64,000 nt of DNA, from positions 2,170,001 through 2,234,000 of the forward strand of contig CM102286.1 of NCBI GenBank assembly GCA_046563655.1, given 5' to 3'. Positions 38,534 through 51,500 of this stretch are shown one piece after another. Below the pieces are notes generated by a model. The model saw nothing but the letters and a program-made list of their open reading frames with translations, searched no databases and had not been told where the DNA came from. Positions within the stretch are counted from its first letter, which is position 1, and each line of letters opens with the position of its first letter. Origin of the DNA: Yuukianura sp. NJ FZ-2021. Taxonomy: Eukaryota. A program made the position numbers and the translations under genes.

Positions 38534-38620
38534 GTTTTGTTGGAACCAGCTTTCTCAGTGGGTCTTCCAGACAATTTATTTAGTTCTGAGATCATTGTGA
38601 AAGCTGATTCTGATGAAAAC
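38534..38620 (+). ncRNA. bantam: bantam microRNA precursor hairpin; mature 3p at 38587-38609
   Basis: TGAGATCATTGTGAAAGCTGATT matches the arthropod mature bantam sequence. The upstream arm GTTTTGTTGGAACCAGCTTTCTCAGTGGGTCTTCCAG pairs with it to form a pre-miRNA stem-loop. Confidence 0.93.
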
Positions 38621-39878
38621 GTGAATCAACCAACCAGCGAAATTCAAAACCTAGCCTTAGCCTAACCGAAGACGAGATTAAACTACGATTAACATAATTA
38701 AAAGTTAATTTTATTTAGTCGCATTTATGTAATTTTAATCAGAGTGCGAAAAGAGTGAAGAAATTTTGGTGCAATTGGAAAGTTGGAGTTTGAATGTTTC
38801 TAAAGGACGTCGAATTTGAAATTTTTAAAACCTGAATTAAAAAATCTCCGAAATGTATTTGTTGAATTGGTTTGAATTTTGTTTTGTTTGAAGATCGTTT
38901 GGTGGGCGGAGACTGGCGGCGGAATGGAAACATGGAAAAACACTCTGACTGGAATGCTGGGAAGACGGAAAAGGCTGGAGCCATTTCTTGTGACCAAGTT
39001 CAGCTTCAGCTCCGATCGAAACTCTAATCAGAGGAAATGGACTCCAGTATGGCTTTGGGATGCTGGATGCTGGCTGCTGGTGGGAAATGATCATTAGATT
39101 CATTTTAGATGAAGGTTTTTAGTAACAGGGCCAGTTTACTTACTACAAAAGCATTTGTACTGCACGAGGAATTCTGAGAGAAAGTTTGCACAGCTTTCTC
39201 CACTGCCCTAAACGAAGGTTGGATTTGCTGCTGTTCCAAGTTTTTAGAATGCTGGAATCCTGGAAATCTAAATAACTGGAAGGCCAAAACCTAAAACCTA
39301 ACTTTGAAAAAGACAAAGGAGAACAAAGGATTTGAGTTTGAAGAATAATTTTACCTGTTCTAGTGGAGTTATAGTCATTTTGTAGCAATATGCGGAATAA
39401 TGTATGAATTAGTTAACAATATTGTGGAAAGTAGTTTCAACTTTTGTGCACTTCTTCCTTTTCAGAGGATTTTGAACTTAGGTTTTAGAAATGTAAGGTT
39501 ATAGCACGTAGGAGAGCAGCTCAAAGCGATATGGCGGCAAAATGCTATTCTCTGCTGTGTTTGTGGATTTATGTTCCAGAAGGCGCTCCCCTATTATTCA
39601 AAAGTGAAACGCCTAATAAAACTAAAACGTAAAGTTTTTAGAAGTTTTTCGGGGTGGCCATATTGTGTTTCCAGCAGAAGCTTCATCTAAATTCTAAATT
39701 CTTAAACTTAGGTTATGGCAGTGGTAATGCTAGGTTTTTCGTAATCTCAATAGTTGTTCATTGCCCAGAAGTTTACCGGTAGTTTACGGAGAGAGCCGTA
39801 ACGATACATATTTAAGTCGTGTGTGGTGTATACAAAAGTGGAGTAATTGGATGTTGGTTGGAGTTAAACTAATGTTTA

Positions 39879-40063
39879 CCGTAAAACTTCTAATACGAAC
39901 CCCGGCTTGTATTTTTCGCGCCAGAAGACTTGCCTGTATTAGAGGCTGGCTTCTACTACGAAAAATTTCTGGTCTACATGATGTAGATTACTTCGGGCTT
40001 ACAGTAATTGCCATCCATTACCGGGCTTGTATTGGGGACTGGATTCTCTTAGAAGTTTTACGG
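39879..40063. mobile_element. MITE (CCGTAAAACTTCT family), second copy
   Basis: TA|CCGTAAAACTTCTAA ... TTAGAAGTTTTACGG|TA. The internal GGCTTGTATT motif is shared with 31898-32042. Confidence 0.8.
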
Positions 40064-43000
40064 TAATTAGGTTATTGTAGTTGTTGCTGGAGAGACGCAT
40101 TTATGAGGGTTGTAGAAATGCTAAAGTGGAAGTGAAAGTAAAATTCAGAGCTGGAATGGCTAGTGCTTGTGCTTTTGTGTTTTTAAGGTGACGCTGCTAG
40201 AATCCTGTTGGTTGTCGGAATCCTTCAGTGTAGCTGTTTCCTTTTACATTTTCATAGGTTCCAATTAAGGCTTCAAAGTTCTGAGCTGGTTAGGCTACGT
40301 TAGGCTAAGGCAGAGCTATGTTAGGTTGGAGCAAGAGACGAGAGCTGAAGTGGTGAAAGTACTTTTGAGGAGAAGCGGGAGAAAAATTAAGTTGGAGACT
40401 TTCACTGGCGTTTGTCGCTTTGCTTAAGAACACTTCCGTGAGACTTTCTCTTATTCGCTTTGGGAAAACTAAGAAGTTTTGGAGGAAAAGACGGAAAGGA
40501 GGAAGGAAGACATCAAAATTATGAAGATTTTGATGAAACGGGACCAAAAAGAAGATGCTGCAGCGAGATTTTGAATTGGATGTTTTTTTTATACTGGTCT
40601 TCCTCTTTATTTTCTTTTTTAAGGTTTGTTCCATTTTGAGCTAGAAAATGGAGAGTTGGCGTGTGGAGAATAAATGGAATTAGGTGTGGTAGTAAAGGAC
40701 GTTCATAAAAAGGCTGGAAATCCATTCTTTCTTTGGTCATAGTGAAAGCAAAGAATAGAAATTGTTAGGGTATGTTTAGCCTAACCTCTTTCAAACGACA
40801 TGGAACGGATGAGTGACACTTAAACTCGGTTTTGGATAAATCGAAATGTTTTATTTGATTTTTTTTAACCTTATGACCTCCTGGATTTAGTTTGGATTCT
40901 TGTTTTCATGAATTTTTGTTGGTACGTTTTTTGATTTAAGCATTTTTGTAGCTTATTTTTCGAATTGATGATTTTAGGTTAAGATTTTTAGGTGTTTTTT
41001 TTTTTGAAAAACCTATTTAGATATTTCGATTGTTTCTAGAATAGTTGAAATAGAGTGTGACTGTCCTCTGTATGCTACGAATAAAAGTCGAAATTTTTGG
41101 AAGTCTTGTGGGTTTTGTAATTTTATTTTTAAGCTTAATTCAAAAGTTGTTTGTGGGAGGAATTGAAATGGAAAATATGAGGAGACATTTAGTGGAAGAA
41201 TGGAGAAAGCTGTTTTATTAATAAGTGAAATCCAATGACAGCTTGGAGGTAGTTTCAAAAGAGAAAGTGAAAGCAAAAGTTAATCAAAGGAATACTAAAT
41301 TCATTTTTGAAAAAAGAATCATCATACACTTTTACATGACTTGGTACTAGGATTAAAAATTTAGGATGAAAAATCAAATCGACTTTTGTTTTTTGAAGTT
41401 TTTGGACGTTACGGCTTCATTACATTCATAATTGGTCAACTTTTGCATAATTTGTTACTTTTAGTGGTTTTTGTACTAAATTTTGTTTTTGCTTCTTTCT
41501 TTCACTGTAAGAAAAAACAGATAAATTATTCCAAAAATTTTTCCACACAAAAACTTTTTGCGTTCAGGTTTTAAAAATTAGTTTCAGACTGACGTGTCAA
41601 AACGAATTAAGAAATTTTTGGAATGTTTAAATCTTTTTCAAAATTTTTCTTTTCAAAACCTCTAAAAGTTCTAAAAGTTTTGAATTTCGTTAAAGATATG
41701 TTAAGTTCTGTTTTAAAATTTTGAAACAAAAGTGTACAGTGCTCTAAAACTGTTCTTTTCCCTTTGGTTTTTGGGATAATGGTTGTCATAATTTCTTAAA
41801 GTTGACATTCTCCTATTTCCTGCCACTCTGCCAGTTTTAATTTTAAATGTTCCCTCCTCCAAGGCATTCCAGTTCCTTTGTTAATAGACTCTTTGTGACA
41901 GGATTCCCACTGTACTTAGGCCCCATTCCCTCCGAAATGTTAGTGCCTCCAGGACTTCTTTTTTCCTTCACTAGTCATGATCATAATCTCAAGGAAATCT
42001 TAAGGAAAGGGTTTGGACTGTGCAGCGCCACTTTCAAATAGCTTTCAAATGGAGTGAACAAGGAAACAACGGGAACTGGAATGCTGGTGAGGAGTCAGCA
42101 TTCAAACATTCAAAAGTAAACGACTAATGGTACTTCAGCACCAGAATCAAATGGAAAGAGGCATGGAGATGTCTACGTTATAACTGTTGTGTAGATTGCA
42201 TTACTGAGGATTTGGAGCATGGATGTGAAGGTGTGAAAATTTTTGGAAACATGCATACTTTCCTTTGGCGTCGACTTTTTTTGAAAAATATTTTGATATA
42301 CAGTTGTATTTGTAGAGTTTCCAAGAAGCTTTTATAACTGTTGAAAACAAAAAGGTTAGGTTACATTTTCCATAGCATATTTTTCGTAATAGTACGATGG
42401 ATTCTGCGAAAACTTAACAAAAGCTAAGGATTACAATGCAATGCGCATGAACAAACGAATTCCAGGATTTTGGAACACAAAACTTTCAGACTAAAAAAAT
42501 TTGATCAATTCTAGGAAAAGTTTGTTCGTCATGTGGGTGTAGGAAGGAAAAAAAAATTATTCTTGGAAAAAATTTGCTTTTCAATTTTTTCGAACTTGTG
42601 TTACGTAGGTTGCGTTTTTTTTTAAATTTTGACAATGCTACAAATTTTTGGTGCAATGGAAGCTAGGTTATGCTGGTCTAGTTAAATTCAGCAGTTGGTT
42701 AAGCTTAGATTTTTTACAAAATTTTGAGTTGAGCTAGCTTTACACGAAAATGGAACCTTTAAATTTTGAAAAATCCCGGGAAAGGTGGAAAATGAAAGAC
42801 ATTTTGGCAGGGTTCGAAAAGTTTACTAAAGTTTTCGGTTCACATTGAATTTTGGTTGTATTTTTGTGCATCCGCCTGTGACTGCCTTAACGTCCGCTTG
42901 TTTGAAAGTTAGTTTGGGCAGAGGATGCTGTTGGTTGAATTTTGTGAGGAAAAGGGAGGGAACTTTGAAACGATCTGACATTGGAGAAGAAGAAGAAACC

Positions 43001-46000
43001 ATTTGAACCCATCAATTTTCCACTACACACACCAAAGGCAACTTACAGGGAATTCGAATATTTCAGAGGCACAAGAGCAGGTTTCACTCCTCGCTTCAAA
43101 AAGAGCTTATTCCAGTGCCCATACTATTATTTCCTCAAATTCTAATCTCTTTTCCTCATACCCAGTTTACTTCTTCAAAGGAACTCAAAAAATAACATAT
43201 TTTTCAAAAAAAAAGTTTCAAAGAATTTTCAAAGAATTTTGAAATCTAAACAAAGTACTAGGTATCGACCTTCAAAAAAAGAAATTCTGGGCTCCCTGAT
43301 GCCAAAATTCACCAAGAAAAAAAAATTCGAAGCTTTTGACATTTTTCGGGAAAATCTTGCATAGAAATTTTCTTACAAAAAATTAAAAAAAAAGTTAGGT
43401 TAGGGAGAATTATTTCAAGAAAGAGTTTCTGTCTGTTAATTTTTTTTTGAGAAAACCTATTATGAGTGTAACAATTTTCGTCAAAACGCAACAGAAACTG
43501 AGTGAGTTTTGAATATGTCGAAATTTTGCGTAAGTAGATTAACGTAGGGTGATTTTTTTTTTCAAAAAGGCTAATGTTACTGTATGTTATTTTACAAAAA
43601 TTTTCTTCGTGTATATTTTTTCTTCATAATTTTTTTTGGAGAAAACTTTGGTTTGTGCTGAAAATTGGGATTGAGTTACTACCACCGCAGTTTTGGTCTT
43701 TTGTTAAGCTAGGTTAAGACTGAAAAAGTAAGTTTTTTTGGAATTCAAAGAATGCTGGATAAGAAAAAAGGGTTTTGTAGTAAAAGTGAGAGCGTTTTTA
43801 TGAATAAGTGAAGAGAGTGAAAGTGAAGCCCTGTGTTCCCATTGTACACTTTCAGGGAAAAGGGAATGGAGAAAGTTAAAGTTTAGTTGATGAGTCGTGC
43901 GTGCTTCAAGTAGGCAAAATGGATGACTGCAGTGGGCGGGAAAATTTCAGAATTTCTTCTACAAACGCAGCTAGCAGTATTTCCGTCTGGCTTTTTAGTT
44001 ATGCAGTTCCCAGACCCACCCTCCCTCCTGCATATTGGATTTGCATCATAACATTATTCTGATTGTGTCGATTTCCCATTGGTATTGACGTACTAAGATG
44101 GAAAAAACACAAACCTAAAGTTAGGTCTATGTCGCTTCCCGCGCTTTTTGAAAAGTCTGAAACCCACAAGCGTACTTGTGAATTCTTTTGAAGATGGCTA
44201 GGTTTGCTCGAAGTAAAAAACGAAGTTGGTTGGACACAAAACCTAAGTTTTTATTTAACTAAAGAAGAAGCTTCTTTCTGGCAGTGGTTAGAGTCGTGTA
44301 GTGTCTAAAGCATGAGAACTGTGAGCAGAATAATAGGAAAAGGGCAAGTTTTCGTGATGCCTGATGCATTTTTCCTTGTGAATTTTCGGTAGGAACCACA
44401 TTGTAAAAAGGAAAAGGTTTCTCGTCTGGCTCTTGCTGAGGCTTTGAGGCTTTTACTAACGTTTCTGCCCATACCTACAGTTGGAATGAAGCATTTCCTC
44501 AGTTTGTAGTCTACAAAGTTTCGATAGCATACTCTCAAGTTAGGGTTTTCGTACAATTTTGTCAACAGTAAAAAGGTCAACTCCATTTTTTAGAATTCAC
44601 GAATTTGGAATTTTGAACTCTTTACATTTTCGAATAAGCCAATAAAATCAATTATGGTTAAAAAGGTTGATTAAAATTTTTCATTTTTCTTGGCGCACAA
44701 AATTTTGGTTTTTGGATTTGTACAATTTTGGTTTAGAGAATTTTGATTATATTGTATTACATTTTTGGAAAATTTTGGCTTTGATGTGTAGACCTTTGGC
44801 TGTTATAATCAAGCGAAGAATTTGAAATTCACACTAGTTAAATAATTTCAGAGTATTTTTTTTGAGAAGTTGATCCGATTGCTGTTGACTTTTTTTCGCC
44901 GGGTAAACTGAGTGGTTTTGGTGCCACAAAAAAAAAGTTTTTCCGAGCGTGGCCCTTTCTCGTCTGTTCTGCTGGTCGATCCATGACATTGGAAGTTCTT
45001 GTGTGTGGATTGAGGCTGACTGTGGACTGTGAGACACATGCTGAGTGGCTCTCAGTCTGGAAAGAAGTCCTCAACCTAGCGTGCGTCGTTTTCTAAAAAG
45101 ACTCTGGACACAAGAGTCAATTCTACAGTGAACATATAGAGAAAAAAAATATCAGTGTAGAATTGAAAAAGTGAACATACCAGCCGAATTTTCATCAAGT
45201 ATTGAACCCAAATCCAGCGTCTAATCATAGTATTCACCAAGTCCTTTCTTAGTTACTCCCTCCAAATTTCAACTTTTCAACAACAACGTCTGTAGCCAAC
45301 GGGCGGAATTCAAAACAATTCAAGAACAAAAAAGTTTTTGTGGAGGAGGGTTAAATAATTGAAGGGCCCTGGCAGGTCAGTCTTATTTTCAAAAAATTTC
45401 AGAACTGGCGTCGAAGCTACTTTTTTCAAAAAAGGAGACTTAAAGTACCCAGCCCTTTTCTTCTTCTCAGGAAATCCAAAGTGTCCAAGGAGACTTTAAT
45501 CTTAAGAAAAATACGAAATCCGCCTCTCACAAGTTTCAATTACAAAACAAAAGGAAGACAACGACTGTCAGTGTCAACTATTTTCATCAAAAGCTTTCTT
45601 TTGGAAGAAGGCCCCTTAAGTACCCCTCTCAATCAAAGTGACATTTTTTGAGTTTTTGAAAAACTGTTCTGCGCAGTCGTCACATCCTTGTGAATGACCC
45701 CATGTCACCCCGTGTTTCCAAGTTTACAACTTTAGTTTCCTCATAGCCAAGTGTTGAATCACACATACAAGGTACTACAACTTTTTGTCGCCTACGTCAA
45801 AACATTTTTTGAGAGTTTTTGATGTTAGTGTCCATCAATTGCATTTTTACATTTTGTAAAAGTTAGTTTTTTATGAAGTGGTTTCGTCCTGCTAAAACGC
45901 CATCAAATTATAAAACAAACAACAAAACCACATGAATAAGCTCTTTGCTTAAAGCAAAAGTTGAAACTGAGATTATGAAAAAGTGAAGTGAAAGGCATAA

Positions 46001-48259
46001 AAAGTGAACAGGTTAGAAATTTTTTGGGTTTTCAGTTTTGCTTCATTGCATTTTTATCATTCACGGCTCTCATTATTGGCGAGTGAATTTCAGTTTTTGA
46101 AAGTGGAAAATACACTGACTAAAGAAATTGCAATTTTTGGGTTTTGGAAATTTGTCAAAATTTTGAGTTTTACTCACGTTCCGGTTTCTTCCGTTGAGTC
46201 ATCCATTCATTTTTGAAAAAAAAAATTGTTTGTAAGTAACCTTGGGGTGAAATCCGCTCCCTTTTATGTTCTTGTGTTTGGTTTTGGTCATTATTGCTCA
46301 TCTTCAGATTTAAATTTTGAAAAAATTTGAAATTTTTTGTTGAGTAAGCATCATGCGAAGTTTTTTTTTTTTTCCAAAATACATAGCTGAAAATTTTACT
46401 TTGGCGAAATATTTACAACTTGTGTATCCCTTTGTAAGTGTAGAGAGAGTAATATCGAATGGAAATTTTAGTCTAAACAGAAATTTATAGTCGTAATTGA
46501 TAGTCTTTTTTTGCAAAGAGAATCTTTGTTCAAATGGCTTATCAATAAGGAGACCGAAAAGAACAATAGAATTGAAGAGTGCGTTTTCTGCGCGTCCCAT
46601 TTTTTTTCATTGCTTTATTTTAGTGTCGTGGTGTATTGGAAATTTTGCACTTTCTTTTATTTTTTCATTTCGTGTGTTTTGCTTTGCGTGGGAAAAGTTT
46701 TTGACCAAAAATTCTGGGATCCTATAGGTTTTGATTTCCATTTTTGGTCTATTTTGGTGTTTCGTTTTACATAATTGTAGTATGTTGTTATTTTGAAATT
46801 TTTTGTTGCCATTTTTATGGAAATTGAAAAATATGTTTTTCAGTTTTCTGTTCCAATTGATTTTTCTTACTAACCTCACGTAACCTCAAATTTTGAAAAA
46901 AAAATATAACCTTGGTCTGCCTGATTTTTGGAGCGAAGACCTTTTTTCTTCTTTTCTTCGGTTCTACCCCAAATCTCACGAAAAACTAAATCAAATTTTC
47001 TGTTCAAAATTGGGTTAACGTTTTTGGTTTTTCGTAAGCTGACTTTTGCCTCTTGAATTTTGTCACATTTAACCTCTTTAGCTTAACAAAGTTTCATCAA
47101 CCGAATTCTTACAAACAAAATTGTTTTTAATTTTTGAAACGACTCCTCTGAAAAGTTTAGATTAGGAAAATTTCCTGCGTAGTTTAGAAAATTTTAAAAT
47201 TTTGAAAACTCTTGAGAAAATTCTGCTTTGTTTTAAGTAGGTTTACGAGGTCAGAGAAGGGAAAAGGACGGCGGCTTTTAGTAGTAGTCCTAACTATTTT
47301 GTTTGAAGACATAAAAGCGTAGTTACACTCTTAAAGGAGGGAAAGGTCATTGAGGTCATTTCGGTGTTGTTTTGTCATTCCTAATTCTGTTTCTCGTTTC
47401 TTCTTATAGGTTAGGAGATTAGGCTACTACGACTTGAAGTTAAAGCAACACAAGTTGAAAGCAGAATACTAAAGTTGGAAACTGAGAGACACAAACTACA
47501 TTTACTGTCAACCTTGGTGACAACGTCGGAGGTCACCTAATACCGAAACCCTAATTAAAGTTTCCGTTTTTCGAAAACTGTTTTTGGAAAAGGCAGAAAC
47601 AACTTCCAAGACAGAATAAAGTTAAAGTGGTTTGTTCCGCACGTTATACTTCAGTTTTTGTGTGCAACCTAACCAAAAGGAACGAAAGTCGAGAGGATCC
47701 ATTGATCGTTCCAAGTCGTCTCCAACTACAACTCCCCACGGTCTGTCCAAAATCGGCAAAACTTCATCTCGTCATCATCATCATCATCTTAGTCGTCGTC
47801 TTCTGCAGAAAAACCTCACTTTTGCTCCTTCTGCACAAAAACTTCGCGAGAGGTTTTAGTTTTCGCTGAAGCGACGCTTGTCGTGCATCCTGTGTGTGAA
47901 AGAACGCCGTCATTCCCTCCGTTCGTTTCGTTCTTGTCAATTATCGAGTTTTCCAAAGTGGAACCAAGCCAGTTTGTTCATGTGCTGCTAAGGCTGAAGC
48001 GGATGCTGAGTTCTTAAAGCTTCATCTCTAAGACTTAGTTCACAGTGTCTTCCATCAGTTTCAGAATCAAGAATCTCACGTGCGGTGAAACTGAGAAAAC
48101 AGAAGACTGACTACGAAGAAGAAGATTTTGAGCCTCATGAAAAGTGAATGAAGGTGGATCTCTTAAAAGATCAGAATTTAATCACATCAATTCTTCCGAG
48201 GAAGAAGAGAAAAACTTCATGTCAAGAAGATCAAGTCCTTACTCACTTAAGTTTAGTTG

Positions 48260-48545
48260 AAACGGAGGAAATACTGAAGAAGGAAATTGTTGCGAAAGTG
48301 AGGAAATACTGAGCAAATCGAGGAAATTCTAAGAAAAGTGAGAAATAGTGAAGAAACAGAGAAAATTGTGGGGAAAGTAAGGAAATTCTGAAGAAATTGA
48401 GGAAAGTGAGGAAATAACGAGGAAAGTTGAAAAATACTGAAAAACGGGAAATATTGGCGAAAGTGAGGAAATTTTGGCGAAAGTGAGGAAATACTGGGGA
48501 AAGTGAATAAATTCTGGGGAAAGTGAGAAAATACTTCGGAAAATG
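48260..48545 (+). repeat. Purine-rich degenerate minisatellite (GAAAGTGAGGAAATACTG-like units) directly upstream of the corto-like ATG
   Basis: Roughly a dozen imperfect ~18-21 bp units ending at the ATG at 48543. Confidence 0.75.
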
Positions 48546-51500
48546 TTGAGATACAACAACAGTAGTGGAATAGGTGCTGTCAAGCCAGTTGACTACTACC
48601 GCCCCCTTACAGTTGACGTAAGTGTAGAGTATGAGTTACCAAAGGAAGTGGCCCCACCGAAAGGCAGTGCCCCACTTCTTATCATCCATCCGTCAGCCTA
48701 CTTCCGTTCCAAACCAAATTCAGCCACTTCGTCTCCCACCAAACCCAGCCACCATCAATCCACCTCCAGAGCCACCAGCAGCACTGCTCAGAGTCAGCAG
48801 CGCCTAGGTGACATTGCCTCTACACTCTACTATTTATCAACCAATGGCCTTCCTCCGCCACCTCCAAATCAAAACTCATCTCCGCAGCAACATATCACTG
48901 GCAGTAGTCGTGGAGCCAACCGTGGCCTCACCGCGGCCGATCCAAATACCTCCAGAATCACACGATCTCGAACGGCCAAGGCCCAAAACTGTGATGACTA
49001 CCGAAGTAGACTCATGTCGTTGACAGCATCAGCATCCTCCACCACAACTGGAACGGCTCAGTCAATGAAATTTTCTGAGAACGTGGGTGGGAGGGGCGGA
49101 GTTATCAAGAAAGTGGGACATTCCCACCAGAACCACCAAAGTCTGAATCAGTTTTCACAAAACCACTTGGACGGAAGTGGTGGCGGTGGATACTTGGCTG
49201 CCGGTTATGGTCCAGTTCCAATGGATTCGTCCTCTTCTGTCCCAACTACAACCTCAGCAGTACTGTTCACTCAAGGTCAGCAACCAGCTCCGCAGCAGCA
49301 CAGTCGCACTACTGCTAGCAACAAACGCCTGCGCATGATGAATCAACAACAACCAACAATGTATCCCCCAAATACTACCAATTCAAGTGGACTCATGCTG
49401 GAACCTTTGAATCTCGCTCTCACGCCCACACCTCAACTTCCCACTGCCTACAACAATCAGCCATTTTCAACTTTTTTAGGCTACGGTGGTCTCCAGTCGG
49501 CCGTTCCGCCTGGACGACCAGCCAACAACAGTCCGTCAATGACCTTGACAGGTCAAACCAATCAAGCTTACCCACAACAACCCCAGCATTTGACCAGTTT
49601 CCAACAAAATCATTTCCTAGCATATGCCCAGCAACAACAACTTCAGCAGCATCAGCGCCATCTTGTGACAGGAATGGCCAAGGAGGGCCCTGTACCTGTG
49701 GACAAGGGCTCTGGGTCTGACAGTGGCGTTTGTTCTGAAAATGATTCAGACGTGTCTCCTCCCATGGCAGCGGCGCCTTTTTCAAATACAACCTCAGCTT
49801 CAAGTCAAATGTCGAGGAGATCGAATCTCACAGCCTCTCAAGAATTCCCTGGCGCAGGTAAGGATTTTCTACCAACCTAACTTATAGCCTAACCTTAAGA
49901 AATAGACTTTAGATGCGTAAGAGCGCGCGTTTGTTCAAAGTCCTTCCACTCTCCTCTCCAATTTCTTTGTTCTGTTCTGATCTTAAGAATGTTCGAAAGG
50001 CGCTTCTTTCGTTCCAGGCGGATCAGAAAAGAAACTCATAAGAAGTTTTCCTGAGCTGAGGGCTTCGTTTTTTCTAAATGGACTTTTTTCGTTTTTTGAA
50101 AAAAGCTTTTCTGGTTCGTGTAATATATAAGAATGGATCCAAGGGGAAATGATGAATGTCTCTTTTCCGAGAGGGCCGAAGGAAAACGTTTTTCCCCTTA
50201 CAAGTTCGTGCAAGTTCCTAGCTCTGGCTGGAACCTCATTCTTAAGTCTCCCGGCAAAGGGCTCTCTTCTTTTCTTTTCTTTTGGCAGCAGAATTCCGTG
50301 CGTCTTCGAAAAAAATTAGAAAACGGTTCAGTTTTGAACATACCGGTTTGCCCACGGTGTCTTTACAAAACAAACTTCCTCATTTTCTGGTTCTCTAATT
50401 GTAAGTCTGAACGGAAACGCTGGAACTCAAATGCCACCGCCTAAAATACGATGGAATGTTGGTTATGGTCTCATTTTTTAAAAATTCAAACAGTTTTTAA
50501 AATTCAAACACAGTTTCAGGTTTTTTTTTTTAAATTTTGAATTTTGTCTCTCCCCGCTATTTTTGAAACCTTGATGCTCAAACTAGATTTATTTCACTCT
50601 AACACAAAAAAGAAGTCTGGATTTTCAAAATTTGTTTGCAAAGCTGCTGTTGATATTAGAAATTACAGTTCAACTAACTGTAATTTTAATTTTTTTCTGT
50701 GTAAAGTTAGTTAACTGTCAGAAAATTTTGTTCAACTAACCAAACTTTTGTTCAATAATTTTTAGCGGCATTCATGAAGCCGACTTGAATTAAGTTAAGT
50801 TAGTTAAGTTAACTTAAATGTAGTTAATTAACTCGTAAAACGTAAAACGAGCAAATTGGCTTGAACTTTTGCGTCTGTGCCGTCATTTTTTTTATTATGT
50901 GTACAATTCCAAAAGTGTATTTGAGTAACCAGCGAAGAACAAATACAAGTTTAGTAAGGCGTTTTTTTTTACTTTTTATTTTCAGTAACTTGTGCAAATT
51001 TCCTTTTCGGAAAGTTAAAGAACGACAATTGAGCTTCACTTTTAGTGTCACTTTTAAAGGCTTCTCGAAGGAAGTAGAAAATTTTAAAAAAGCAAAAAAA
51101 ATGACAAAACTATACTTTGTGTTTCCTGCGTCCTTTTAAACTTTTTTTTAGAGTCTCACCATGATATTTTTATTTAACAATTTTTTTAAACAAGAAAACA
51201 TTATCCATCCTCCTCCCTTTCCTCCTGCTGCAGTCAAACATTTGGCCTCCTTCGACTAAAATTGTTATTTAACAAGCGTCAAAATTTTTTGTAGCTTTTT
51301 TTTTGTAACATGGATATGAAGAAATCCATAAATTCAAGTCCACAGCCCAACTTTGTTTTTTCTATGGGAGAGGGAAATGCATAAGCGTGGAGTAGTTACG
51401 ACAGACGACGACAAAAGGCTTCACATACAATAGATATTAATGCAACTTCCCGTTTGAACTTCTGCAGCGATCAGCAGCCTTCGTTCGCAACGGTTCGTGT

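Noticed and set aside
34140..48545. Tandem arrays (34140-34530, 36175-36421, 48260-48545) as CRISPR-like arrays
   Set aside because: The units are contiguous and degenerate with no unique spacers. The context is eukaryotic and there are no cas genes.
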